A stretch of DNA of 64,000 bases from an uncultured delta proteobacterium. Lineage in GTDB: Bacteria; Desulfobacterota; Desulfuromonadia; Desulfuromonadales; JACZKF01. The stretch spans positions 32,001 to 96,000 of the forward strand of contig CAWFKQ010000009.1 of assembly GCA_963816395.1 (NCBI GenBank), given 5' to 3'. The notes under the pieces were generated by a model. The model was not told the DNA's origin and ran no database searches. It saw nothing but the letters and a program-made list of their open reading frames with translations. Position 1 is the first letter of the stretch, and each line of letters begins with the position of its first letter. Shown piece after piece: positions 11,315 through 22,668 of this stretch. The position numbers and the translations under genes are program-made.

Positions 11315-11897
11315 CTATTCTTCCTCCCGCTTCTTCCCTTCACCCACCAGTCGCTGTCGTCATCGAACCACCAGCGGGTGGAATCGGTCATCCAGATGGT
11401 CTCCGCCAGGCGCCGGGCCGGTCGGTCTGCAGCCGGCGCACGGCAAAGGGGTACCACTCGTCGGCGTACGGTTGCCCAGATCCTTGTACTCCTTGAGGGC
11501 GAGGATCATCTCCAGCTGGTCGGCATCATGGGCGATCAGCGCCTCGCGGCTCTCGCCGGCGGCGAACTCGTCGAGGGTCTGCCGGTATTCGTCGCCGAAG
11601 GGCAGGGTCCGGGCCAGATCGTCGACGGCCCGCCGCTCGTCGGCGCTGCACGTACTTCTTGTTGACATAATTGAGGTCGCCGATGCGCGCCTCGGGGACG
11701 TCGTGAAAGAGGCAGAGCTGCACCACCCGGCCGGCATCGACCTGGCCGTCCATGCGCGCCAGGGTGTAGCCGATGATCGCGGTGCGGAAGGAGTGTTCGG
11801 CCACCGACTGGGCGCCGGAACCGAGAAACTGGAAACCGGTGCGCGGGGTGCGCTTGAGCATCCCCACTTCGAAGAAGAAATTGGCCAGATTTTTCAT
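11315..11897 (-). CDS. HD-domain phosphohydrolase (YfbR/HDDC2-like), frameshifted
   Basis: LKRTPRTG...SVAEHSFR...LFHDVPEARIGD...AHDADQLEM. Confidence 0.85.
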
Positions 11898-11965
11898 TGC
11901 GGCTCCATGTAAGGCGACTCGCTCTTGACACGGTACGGGACTCGGGACTCGAGGACTGTAGTATA

Positions 11966-12838
11966 CTACCCCAAACGGACCAGGAAAACCCCACAGACGA
12001 TCAGGCCGGCGGCAAAGAAGCGGATGCGGCCGAAACGTTCGCCGAGCAGAAAAATGCCGAGGAGGACGCCGAAGAGGAGGCTGACCTGGCGCACCGGCAC
12101 CGCGTAGCTCATCGGCGCCAGCTTGAGGCCGTAGCGAAAACTGAGGAAGGAACACATCATCACCGGCCCGGAGACCAGGATCAGCCGCCGGCTGCGCCGC
12201 CACTCGTCGAGGACCCGGCCGCGGTAGCGCTGTCGCAACAGGTTGGCGGTCATCAGCAGGAACATCCAGACCACCAGCAGGTAGGTGAAATAGAGGGGGG
12301 AGAAGTCCATCACTCCGGTCTTGTCGATCACCGCCCCCACCGAGTAGACGAAGCCGGCCGCCAGTGCCGCCTGGACGGCAGGCTGGCCGAGGTTGCGCAG
12401 CGGCCGCAGCGCCTCGTCGAAGGAAAGCCGCTGCAGCTGCACGCACCAGGCGCCGACGACGATGAGCAGGATCCCCGCCACTCCCCAAAAGGTCAGATGC
12501 TCGCCGAGGAGCAGCACCCCCCAGATGGGGACGTAGAGGATCGAGGACTGGGCCAGGGGATAGGTGAGCGAGAGGTCGCCGCTGCGATAGGCGCGGCCGG
12601 TGAAGAGGTGGTAGGCGACGAAACAGGCGCCGCCGCCCGCCGCCAGCAGCAGGATGTGCCCGTCCGGCTGCGGCATGGGCCCGGGAAAGGCCGGCAGCAA
12701 AACGGTGAAAAGGCTCCCCGAGGCGAGAAACATCCACCAGATAAAGACCGTCTTGTCGCCGCTGCGCTTGACCAGCAGGTTCCACAGGGCGTGCATCAGC
12801 GCCGAAAAGACGATCAGCGAAAGGGCCAGCGTACTCAT
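11966..12838 (-). CDS. EamA/DMT family membrane transporter
   Basis: About ten hydrophobic segments, HALWNLLVK, GDLSLTYPLA, LLGE repeats. Confidence 0.88.
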   Translation of the reverse strand: MSTLALSLIVFSALMHALWNLLVKRSGDKTVFIWWMFLASGSLFTVLLPAFPGPMPQPDGHILLLAAGGGACFVAYHLFTGRAYRSGDLSLTYPLAQSSILYVPIWGVLLLGEHLTFWGVAGILLIVVGAWCVQLQRLSFDEALRPLRNLGQPAVQAALAAGFVYSVGAVIDKTGVMDFSPLYFTYLLVVWMFLLMTANLLRQRYRGRVLDEWRRSRRLILVSGPVMMCSFLSFRYGLKLAPMSYAVPVRQVSLLFGVLLGIFLLGERFGRIRFFAAGLIVCGVFLVRLG

Positions 12839-13019
12839 GGCCGGCAGTCTAGACCAAGGCCCGGTAATTAGCGATGATAAAATCTTTTCCCAATAAATTT
12901 TATTGTCACTAAATCCGCGAAGCTGCGACGATTGACAGCAGAAGGGCAGTTGCTATCCTTCCTAGCAGCTGTTTACCGCCGAGCCGAGCGGCAGCCACCT
13001 TCTTCCAAGGAGCAGCAGC

Positions 13020-14419
<1,400 letters not shown>

Positions 14420-14712
14420 GGTGGGCAAAGGGAAGGGTGAAACCGGTTCTACTTCTGCGGGGGTGGGCTCGACGGGCGGACCGTCCGGCTCCGGGGCAGG
14501 GTCTCCGGACCTGCGGCGGCGCGCCGGCGCAGCCGCTTATCCGGTGTCGCCCTTGCCTCTCGCCGATTGTTGGCGGAACCGGCCGGCTCGATCGGATCCG
14601 TGGCCGGCCGATATCCTTGATTATGATAGTCCGGTGGTTCTCTGTCTCCATCTGCGCTCCGGTCCCGGCCGTTCGGCAGCTACGACCTACGGCTTCGGGC
14701 CTTCCGATCAGT

Positions 14713-14728
14713 AGCAGATCCCGTGCCA
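14713..14728 (-). promoter_or_regulatory. Putative sigma54 (-24/-12) promoter
   Basis: Minus strand TGGCACGGGATCTGCT versus consensus TGGCACG-N4-TTGCW. Confidence 0.55.
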
Positions 14729-14915
14729 ACCTTCTATTCAGCCGATTTTCCCGCATGAAAGTCCCGCTCCTGAAGCTACCGCCGGGCAGATGTGTAAATT
14801 TTCCCGAAAGACTTTATGGACAGCCGGCGGTTGCCATTCCCGCCGGGCGGTTTATGCTTAAGACAGTCGGTTTCGGCTGCCGAAGGCCGGACGACGGTCT
14901 CCCACGGAGGAACCT

Positions 14916-15190
14916 ATGGCGCTGATTGAATGCCCGGAATGCACGAAACTAATCTCCGATAAGGCTATCGCCTGCCCCAGTTGCGGCTATCCCCTGCGGG
15001 AAAACCGCCGGCAGGCCTTTCCTTTTCTCCCCCCGCTATCCGAACTGGCCGGTATGGCGGGAGAGTTCGCCGGCATGGTGCGTGAGGCACTGCATCCGGA
15101 AAACCGCCAGGGCGAATCTGCCAAGACGGAGAAGAAACCGGAAGGAGCCGGGCCCGTTCGGCCCGAAAGGCTTCCAATTCGGAAACTACT
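14916..15190 (+). CDS. Small zinc-ribbon protein (3' end uncertain)
   Basis: [35 protein letters not shown]; the long ORF tail overlaps the opposite-strand gene and is probably an artefact. Confidence 0.65.
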
Positions 15191-15239
15191 CGGTAGAGGA
15201 TTTCCGGATGGACCCGAAGAGGGCCCTCCCGTTCCTTTG

Positions 15240-17100
15240 ACCAGAACAGCAATAGCCGAAATCCCGATGCGCCGCCATGCTGCAGCAGTCAGGGACTGGG
15301 TCGGCGGTCCAGCGCCAGGTTCTGGTCCAGGTGCACGGCCAGGGACTGGCGGGGATCGCCGAGCAGATAATAAATCCCCCGCCCCCAGAAGTGGACCTTC
15401 CACTTCTTGTCAGCACCTTCAGCACCCCGGCCGAAGCGCCCAGGCCAGCGGCGAAACCGTCCCGGAAACGGCCCCCAAGCCGCAGGTCCGATTCCAGCAG
15501 GGTAGTAGCCCAGCCGCCGCTCCCCGCCCCAGGCAAGACCGCCGCCGGGGTTCAGGCGAAAAGCCAGGTGGTCACTGCCATCGGCAAAGGTCTGCTGCGC
15601 GAAGCCGGTATCCAGCTTCCACGAAATCGGGCGGAAGAACCGGTTCCGCGGCGCAAGGGAAATGATGTCGATGAGATCCAGAGCGTGCAGTTCCGCCTTT
15701 CCCGCATCCCGGATAGAAGCGCCCCACCAGGTTGAGGAAATCGATCTGGGCCCCAAGATCGATAGCCTGCATCGTTGTCGAGCAAATCATGGTAGGCGGG
15801 GCGCAGGCGCAGTTCCAGGAAGCGGTCGCCTTTCCACCAGCCGAAGTCCCAGCCCAAGACGGTTTGAACCGTGCCCCTGATCGGGGCGCACCGGGGCGGC
15901 GGGGGCGCCGGGAGTCTGCCGCCGAGCCAAGCCGGCTGCGCGCGGTGAGCAGGTCCAGATACCGTCGCCGGTACTCGTCCTGACTCAATTCCCGGCGAAA
16001 GTACCGGTACTCGATCACCTCCGCCGCCAGTTCCAGGATATGCCGCTTTCCGGCATGGCTCTCCTCTTCCGGCAACAGGTCGGGGCGGCGCGCGCCGGCG
16101 ATAACCTGCAGGGTCAGCTCCTGCTCCGCGCCATTCATTTTGGCGGCCAGGCGTTTGATCCGGGTCGCCTTGGACGGGCGGTAATCTATCTTCTCCACCA
16201 GCCCGCTCTCCTGCACCAGACGCACCGTGTCGATGGGGATCACCCAGGGTCGGGTGCTTTCGGTCAACCGGAGAGAAGGGCGGGCCGCTTCCAGGAGAAA
16301 CAACAGGTCGAAGGAACAGTTCTCATCGAAAAAGTAATAATCGGACGCAATATCCCGTAGCTCCCAGATGTGCCGGAGCATGCGGGCGGTTTCCTCCGGG
16401 GACAGGTTCAGCTTGTACTCCCAGATGTCGCGCCGCTCCAGATCACCGTATTCCTTGGCTTTTTCATAGTAAGGGAGGAGGGAATAGTAGCCCCGGTACA
16501 AACCCAATATCCCTTTAAAGGCATAAGTGATGCCGTTGGCTTCATCGGTAAACGCCGCATAGTTGACGGCGTAGGCCAGAAGCTTGCTGCGGTAGGGGCC
16601 TTCGATGCCGAGCAGGGTATGGCCGAACAGCGAGGCCGGGCTGTTCAGGCTGCTGCCGGGGAAAATCAGGACGGCGGTTTTCGGCCGGACGGCCGCCATG
16701 GCCTTTTCATACTGCGGGCAGGCGACGGCGGGCAGGCGCTGGGGATCGATATCGAGCGCCTCCTGCAGCCAGTCGTAGCGGGCGACGAAACCGGCAGCGA
16801 GGATCGGCGGATTCGGCGACGCGGCGGCGCAAAAAGGGCGGTCAGGGTGGCGGCCAGCTCGGCGGCCGGGTCCTCCTTGCCGTTTTCCGCCAGGAAAAAA
16901 GCCGGGTCGTCGATCAGGCTCTGCACCCCGAACCACCCATGGCGGTAATGAAGCAGCACTTCCCAGGGGCGTGCCCGGTAGAGCTGCCGTTCGGGCCCGG
17001 GCCAGCAGCTCATGGAGGTAGGGATCGCCCTCTGCCCGGGCCGGCACCACGGAACAGCAGACAAAAAAACAGGCGAGGATCAGGAAAAGGGCTTCCCGCA
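15240..17100 (-). CDS. DUF4105 / Lnb-N-like domain protein with C-terminal beta-barrel-like region (frameshifted; ends approximate)
   Basis: PASLFGHTLL, ERRDIWEYKLNL, YYFFDENCS, RPAYHDLLD motifs. Confidence 0.8.
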
Positions 17101-17141
17101 CCTCGCCTGCCGGACGACAGAGCCGGGTGATGCCGGCTGCA

Positions 17142-17614
17142 TCAATCGATGGCGAGCGCGATACGGTCGAGAACAGCGGCGGTCTTGACATCGGCGGCGG
17201 GGAAGATGCCGTCGAAATCATTCTGCAGCCGATAATAGAAAGCGCCGCGCTCCGTCGCCGGCACCTCCAGCAGCTCGGCCAGGGTATCCAGGGATTCCCC
17301 TTGGCCGACGGCGATATCGCGGGCCAGGTTGTCGAGATTGGCGGCGGTGAATTCCATTAGCCGTTCATTGGCGGCAACATTGGCCGGCTGGTCGCATCCG
17401 AGGGTGCCGGAAGTGATGCCGAAGGTCTGGGAGCCGAAAATGCTGTTGGTGGTCGCCTGCATGACTGGGAGATGACCGAGCCGTTCGCCTTCTCACCCCA
17501 GAGAACAGTGCCGAGACCGCAGCCTGTATTGTGGCGGGCCTGCTGGGCCAGGGCCGTGCCGGCAAGGAACAGGCAACCGGCCGCCGTGAAGACCAAAAGA
17601 AGCATTTTTTTCAT
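17142..17614 (-). CDS. DUF3015 family exported protein (one frameshift)
   Basis: Signal peptide, GCGLGTVLW, ATTN..GSQTFGITSGTLGC, DIAVGQGESL. Confidence 0.85.
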
Positions 17615-17764
17615 GTTGAATCCTCCTTTGCTGGCAATTGGGAGCAGCTGAAACCAATTAAATCCCGCTCAGCTTATTTGTCAAGGTGCCGCCACAATCA
17701 CCGCTTTACAGAGGCCTGCCGAATGATACTATCGAACTACCAAGTGCTTGCGGAAGGAGGAGCC

Positions 17765-17983
17765 ATGAACTACGGCAAGGAGCGGATCTATAAGAAGGTG
17801 GAGGTGATCGGGGTCTCTAAGAACAGCATCGAGGACGCCATTCAGGCCGCCGTGCACCGGGCGCGGCAATCACTGGAGGGCCTTTCCTGGTTTGAGGTCG
17901 GGGACATCCACGGGCACATCGATAGCGGTGGCAAGGTCGACGAGTATCAGGTGGTGCTGAAAGTCGCTTTCGAATTGAAATAG
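17765..17983 (+). CDS. Dodecin (flavin-binding)
   Basis: YKKVEVIGVS..SIEDAIQAAV.RA...WFEV...YQVVLKVAF; AGGAGG RBS. Confidence 0.92.
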   Translation: MNYGKERIYKKVEVIGVSKNSIEDAIQAAVHRARQSLEGLSWFEVGDIHGHIDSGGKVDEYQVVLKVAFELK

Positions 17984-18039
17984 CCGGCGGGCCGGACGTG
18001 GGCGTGACGGAACGGGGCCGGGAGCGCAACCGGGACGGT

Positions 18040-18792
18040 TCAACCGAACAGCAACTTCAGCGCGAAGACAAAGACGGTTACTGAAACCAGCTTCTTGATC
18101 CAGTCATGCCCTTTGCGCACAGCCACGTGGCTGGCGATCAGGCCGCCGATCGAATTTCCCGCCGCCAGAGCCAGTCCGAGGCCGTAATTGACCTGGCCGT
18201 GGGCGATGAACACCCCCAGGGCGACCAGGGTGAAGCAGAAGATGACAATGACCTTGACGGCATTGATGCGCACCAGGTCGAGGCCGTGCACCAGCAGACC
18301 GGTGATGATGATGAAGCCGACGCCGGCCTGGACAAAGCCGCCGTAGACGCCGACGCCGAAAAAGGTGAGGATGAGCAGTGCCGTGCGCAGCGGCGTCATT
18401 TCTTCCACCTGTCGCCGCCAGCGCCGTGCCGGGTCTACCAGGGTGAGGATCAGCACCCCGATCATGATCGCCGCCAGCAGCCGTTTGAAGGTGGCGTCGT
18501 CAATGCTCACCGCCAGGTTTGCCCCCAGATAGCTCCCTGCCAGGGCCGGCACGGTGCACAGCATGGCCAGGCGGAGAGGGAAGATGCCCTGGCGGCGAAA
18601 GCCGCCTATGGCGAAGATGTTCTGGAAGAAGATCGCCACCCGGTTGGTGCCGTTGGCCACGGCGGCGGGCAGGCCGAGAAAGATGAGCAGGGGCAGGGTG
18701 ATCAGGGAGCCGCCGCCGGCCATGACGTTGAGAAAACCGGCCACGATGCCGACGACGACCAGCAGCGCATACTGCCAGAGAAAATAGTCCAT
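18040..18792 (-). CDS. TauE/SafE (TSUP) family exporter
   Basis: AGGGSLITLP, ANGTNR, YGGFVQAGVG. Confidence 0.88.
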   Translation of the reverse strand: MDYFLWQYALLVVVGIVAGFLNVMAGGGSLITLPLLIFLGLPAAVANGTNRVAIFFQNIFAIGGFRRQGIFPLRLAMLCTVPALAGSYLGANLAVSIDDATFKRLLAAIMIGVLILTLVDPARRWRRQVEEMTPLRTALLILTFFGVGVYGGFVQAGVGFIIITGLLVHGLDLVRINAVKVIVIFCFTLVALGVFIAHGQVNYGLGLALAAGNSIGGLIASHVAVRKGHDWIKKLVSVTVFVFALKLLFG

Positions 18793-18827
18793 GGTTTACC
18801 TCTCCTTCCTTGCCCACCTTTGCGGAT

Positions 18828-19515
18828 TCAACGAACAACCGCCTGTTCGATCTCTTCCAAGTGATCTCGCATCTGCCGACTGGCCAGCAGCGCGTCCCGC
18901 TGCTGCAAGGCGTGGAGAATCCGCCCATGGGTGCGGAGCGAGGTCTGCTTCCGGGTCTCGTTCTGCAGGGAGTCGGAGCGACTCTCTCCCATGGTTTCCT
19001 GCAATTGGCCGAAGATCTCCAAAATGACTGAATTGCCCGTCGCGCGAGCTATCTGCAGGTGGAAGGCGGCATCCGCTGCAGCCCATTCTTCGATGGTTCC
19101 GGACTTTCGCTGCCTGGCCAGCAGATCCTCGAGAACGGCCAGATCCTCGGCCGAGGCGGTCGTTGCGGCCAAAGCCGCGATCTGCGGCTCGAGAAGCTTG
19201 CGGAATTCAAAGATCTCCCGCAGCTTGGCCACTGCCCCGGCCGATCGCTTGCGCCATCGGTTCGACAAAGGCCTGATCCGTCCGGTCCAGGATGTAGGTG
19301 CCGTCACCGATGTGACTGCGTACCAGGCCCTGTTGTTCGAGGGACCGCAGCGCCTCCCGCAGCGAATGACGGGAGACATGGAAGTTTTCGGCCAGCTGCC
19401 GCTCCGGCGGCAGCCGGTCGCCGGCTTTTAGTTCACCGCTCTCGACCATCCTGCCGATGCGGGCGACAATCGCCGCATGCACCCGCCGGCCGCGGGGAGG
19501 CTGGTTTTCGGGCAT
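18828..19515 (-). CDS. FadR/GntR family transcriptional regulator (frameshift near 19215)
   Basis: GDRLPPERQLAENFHVSRHSLREAL HTH; FCD domain DAAFHLQIARATGN. Confidence 0.88.
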
Positions 19516-19543
19516 GGCAGATTCTCAAGTGGAGAAGGGGGGA

Positions 19544-19560
19544 AATTGGTTGGACCAATA
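19544..19560. promoter_or_regulatory. FadR-subfamily (PdhR/LldR-type) operator
   Basis: AATTGGT-TGG-ACCAATA just upstream of the regulator start. Confidence 0.6.
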
Positions 19561-19789
19561 ATAGGGGATTGAGGGACAATGAGCAATGGTAAAAATGGGG
19601 GGAGGATTTTTCCGGGAGGCCGGGGGAAATTGCAGATAGAAAGACGCGGGCACGGGTGTGCCGGATCTTTCCGCCAAAAGCTCGGAGGAAATGGCGAACA
19701 GGACGCCACTGGCCAGACCGATTCATGCACTGCAAATGCGGGCGATTTCGACATCAGCGCCAGCCGGCGGGAGCGCCTGTCCCGGTCAG

Positions 19790-20471
19790 GACTGTTCCCG
19801 TGCTCCTCGGTCTTGCGCAGTATTTTCAGCCGCTCGGCCACCCGCGCGGCCCGGCCCCCGAGATTTCGCGCCGTCTGCAGTTCCGACGCAGCCGGCTGCC
19901 GGGAACCATCCGGCCGGCGAGGGTGCCGGGGCCATAGGGCGAACCGCCGATGCCGTCGGTGACCAGGATTTGCGGATTCTGCCCGTAGGGGGTGCCGATG
20001 AAGATCATCCCCAGGTGCAGCAGCGGCACCATGCTGGTCAGGATGGTCGTTTCCTGGCCGCCATGAATGGTGGCGGTGCTGGTGAACACGCCGGTGACCT
20101 TATCCTCCAGTTCACCGGAGAGCCACAGGCTGCCGGTGGTGTCGATGAATTGCTTCATCTGGGCCGTCATGTTGCCGTAGCGGGTCGGGGTGCCCCAGAG
20201 GATGCCGTGCGCCCAGCGCAGGTCGTCATGCGTCGACCTCGGCGATATCCGCCTGCCGCTGCTGGGCCTGGTCGATAGGCTTCCTGTGTGGCAGAGGGCT
20301 TTTCTGGCCTCCTCCAGCTCGGGAATGCGCCGCAGGCGCACCTCGGTTCCCCGGATGCTGCGCGCCCCTTCCGCGACCGCCTGCGCCATCTGGAATGTAT
20401 GACCGTAGGTACTGTAGTAGACTACCAGCGATATGCGCGTTCCGGCTTCCTGCAATTTCCTGCTCTGCCAT
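19790..20471 (-). CDS. wrbA: NAD(P)H:quinone oxidoreductase WrbA (frameshifted; 3' end approximate)
   Basis: YYSTYGHT, GTPTRYGNM, STATIHGGQETT, GGSPYG. Confidence 0.9.
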
Positions 20472-20477
20472 CGTCTG

Positions 20478-20758
20478 TCAATTTCCTGCAGAACTTTTCT
20501 GTATTCCGGGTGTTTATCGATGTAATTGGCGATAAAGGCACACTCTGGCACGACCTTTAAATGTTTTTCGCTCGCAAAATCCAGTGCGGCCTTGGCCAGT
20601 CTACCCCCGATGCCTTTTCCGCCCAGCGGCGGCGGGACTTCCGTGTGGATCAAGGTAAGTCTGTTTTCCTCGATTTTATAATCGATGAAGGCCACGGACC
20701 CATCGACCTCGAGCTGAAACTGATTTGCCGATTGATTATTGGTTACCTGGTTTTCCAT
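20478..20758 (-). CDS. Small GNAT-fold protein (YjdJ-like)
   Basis: HTEVPPPLGGKGIG..L...AL.FA....KVVPEC.FI..YI.KHPEY. Confidence 0.85.
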
Positions 20759-20897
20759 CTTTCCCTCGCAAATTCCCGGATTTTTCTTCTAGCTTACCAA
20801 AAAAATTCAGACGCGGCGGCAAGGGCGTCGACAGCGAAGCGGGGGAATCTGCTCCGGCCGCCGGGCTCAGGGGAGTCTCTGCTGTCTCCGCGCCGCC

Positions 20898-21665
20898 TCA
20901 TCTTTCCCCGAGCAGGTTGCGGATCACCTCGCCGGCCATGGTCAGGCCGAACAGGGGGGGGATGTAGGAGGAGGTGCCGAGAATCACCCGGCGGTCGGTG
21001 CAGCGCCAGGTCTGCTCCTCCCGATTGGGGCAGATGCAATCCTCGGCGCAGGCGGCGGTTTCCTCCCCCAGGGGACGGAACTCCTCGGTGGAGTAGACCA
21101 CTTTGACCCCCGAGGAGATCCCCCGCCGGCGCAGTTCCTTGCGGAGAATGCGCGCCAGGCGGCACTTCTGGGTATGGAACAGGTCGGCGACGGAGATCCG
21201 GGTCGGATCGAGCTTGTTCGCCGCCCCCATGGAGGAGATCACCGGCAGCCCCTTTTCCTTGCAGCTTTCAAGCAGGTGCAGCTTGGCGGTGATGTGGTCG
21301 ATGCAGTCGAGCACGTAATCGTAGCCGCGCCCGAGGAGCGCCTCGGAATTGTCGGCGGCGTAAAAGGCCTTGACCGGCTCCACCCGGGCCAGCGGATTGA
21401 TCAGGCGACAGCGCTCGGCCATGACCTGCACCTTGGCCTTGCCGACGGTGCCGTCGAGGGCATGCAGCTGGCGGTTGATGTTGGTCAGACAGATCTCATC
21501 GAAATCGATCAGGGTGAGCCGCCCCACCCCAGCCCGGGCCAGCGCCTCGGCGGCATAGCTGCCCACACCGCCGACCCCGAAAACGGCGACCGAGGCCGCC
21601 GCGAGCCGCTCCACGCCGGTCTTCCCGACCAGCAGTTCCATTCGCGAAAAACGATGTTGTTTCAT
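20898..21665 (-). CDS. tcdA: tRNA threonylcarbamoyladenosine dehydratase (ThiF family)
   Basis: GVGGVGSYAAEALARAG, TNINRQ, SMGAANKLDP, VVYSTE. Confidence 0.9.
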   Translation of the reverse strand: MKQHRFSRMELLVGKTGVERLAAASVAVFGVGGVGSYAAEALARAGVGRLTLIDFDEICLTNINRQLHALDGTVGKAKVQVMAERCRLINPLARVEPVKAFYAADNSEALLGRGYDYVLDCIDHITAKLHLLESCKEKGLPVISSMGAANKLDPTRISVADLFHTQKCRLARILRKELRRRGISSGVKVVYSTEEFRPLGEETAACAEDCICPNREEQTWRCTDRRVILGTSSYIPPLFGLTMAGEVIRNLLGER

Positions 21666-21716
21666 GATGGCTTATACGTGTTTGCAAGAAGGTTGATGGA
21701 TTATCATGGTCACTGG

Positions 21717-22550
21717 TCATTGGCACGGGTAAATGACCACTGACTTGGACCAATTGGTCGGCTCCACTGACGATTTTGCTCTATCTGTCAAAATCCTTCT
21801 GGCATTTTCCGTGGTGACCCGCGCCGTCTCCTCGAGGCTCCAGCCGCGGATTTCCGCCACCCGGGCGGCGATCAGGGGGAGCCAGGCCGGGCGGTTGTCG
21901 GCGCCGCGATGGGGATGCGGCGGCAGGTCGGGAGCATCGGTCTCCAGGACGATCCACTCCGCCGGCAGCTCGCGCAGAACCTCGGGGCCGCGCCGGGCGC
22001 CGGGCCAGGTGACCGGACCGCCGAAACCGAGGGCGAAGCCGAGGGCGATCGCCTCCCGCGCCGTTTCCCGGCTGCCGGAGAAGGCATGGAAGATGCCGCC
22101 GACCCGCTGCGCCCCCTCGTCCCGCAGGATCGCCAGCAGGCGGGCGGTGGCTCGCCGGCTATGAATCAGCACCGGCCGGCCGGTTTCGATCGCCAGCCGC
22201 AGCTGGCCGCGAAAAGCCTCTTCCTGCTCGCTCAGCGGCGGCTGATCGAGCGTCCCGTCCAGGCCGATCTCCCCCACCGCCACGGTCTGTCCGCCCGCCA
22301 GCAGCCGCGCCAGTTCGGCGGCCGCGGCCCCGTCCCACTGGCGGGCCGCCTGCGGATGCAGTCCCGGCGCCACCAGCGCTCCCGGCAGCTGCTGCGCCAG
22401 GGAAAAAAGGCCGGACCAGCCTTCCCGGCGCACCCCCGGGATCAGGAACTGCCGCACCCCGGCCGCCTGGGCGAGGCGCACCTCGGCCGCAGGATCCCGG
22501 AGAAAATCGAGATGGACATGGGTATCGACCAGGCAGGCGGGTAACGGCAT
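21717..22550 (-). CDS. tatD: TatD family hydrolase
   Basis: DTHVHL, GLHP, GEIGLD, IHSRRA, HAFSGS, ETDAP. Confidence 0.92.
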   Translation of the reverse strand: MPLPACLVDTHVHLDFLRDPAAEVRLAQAAGVRQFLIPGVRREGWSGLFSLAQQLPGALVAPGLHPQAARQWDGAAAAELARLLAGGQTVAVGEIGLDGTLDQPPLSEQEEAFRGQLRLAIETGRPVLIHSRRATARLLAILRDEGAQRVGGIFHAFSGSRETAREAIALGFALGFGGPVTWPGARRGPEVLRELPAEWIVLETDAPDLPPHPHRGADNRPAWLPLIAARVAEIRGWSLEETARVTTENARRILTDRAKSSVEPTNWSKSVVIYPCQ

Positions 22551-22668
22551 GCAGGCATCTTACCACAGGGGCTGCCGGCCAGGGAATTTTCTTGTCAACC
22601 GGAGGCATTCTGTGATATGAGCTAACAGATTGATTTCTTAATATATTTCCTCTCGGAAAGGAAGAAAT

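Noticed and set aside
14420..14465. GGGCAAA...GAAA resembling a c-di-GMP-I/GEMM riboswitch
   Set aside because: Lacks the GACGCAAA junction and second stem; lies just downstream of a stop codon.
19826..20758. Apparent GNAT-WrbA fusion ORF (310 aa)
   Set aside because: An out-of-frame TGA at 20478 and an ATG at 20471 (MAEQEIAG) sit at the junction; compensating indels in an error-rich region explain it better than a real fusion.
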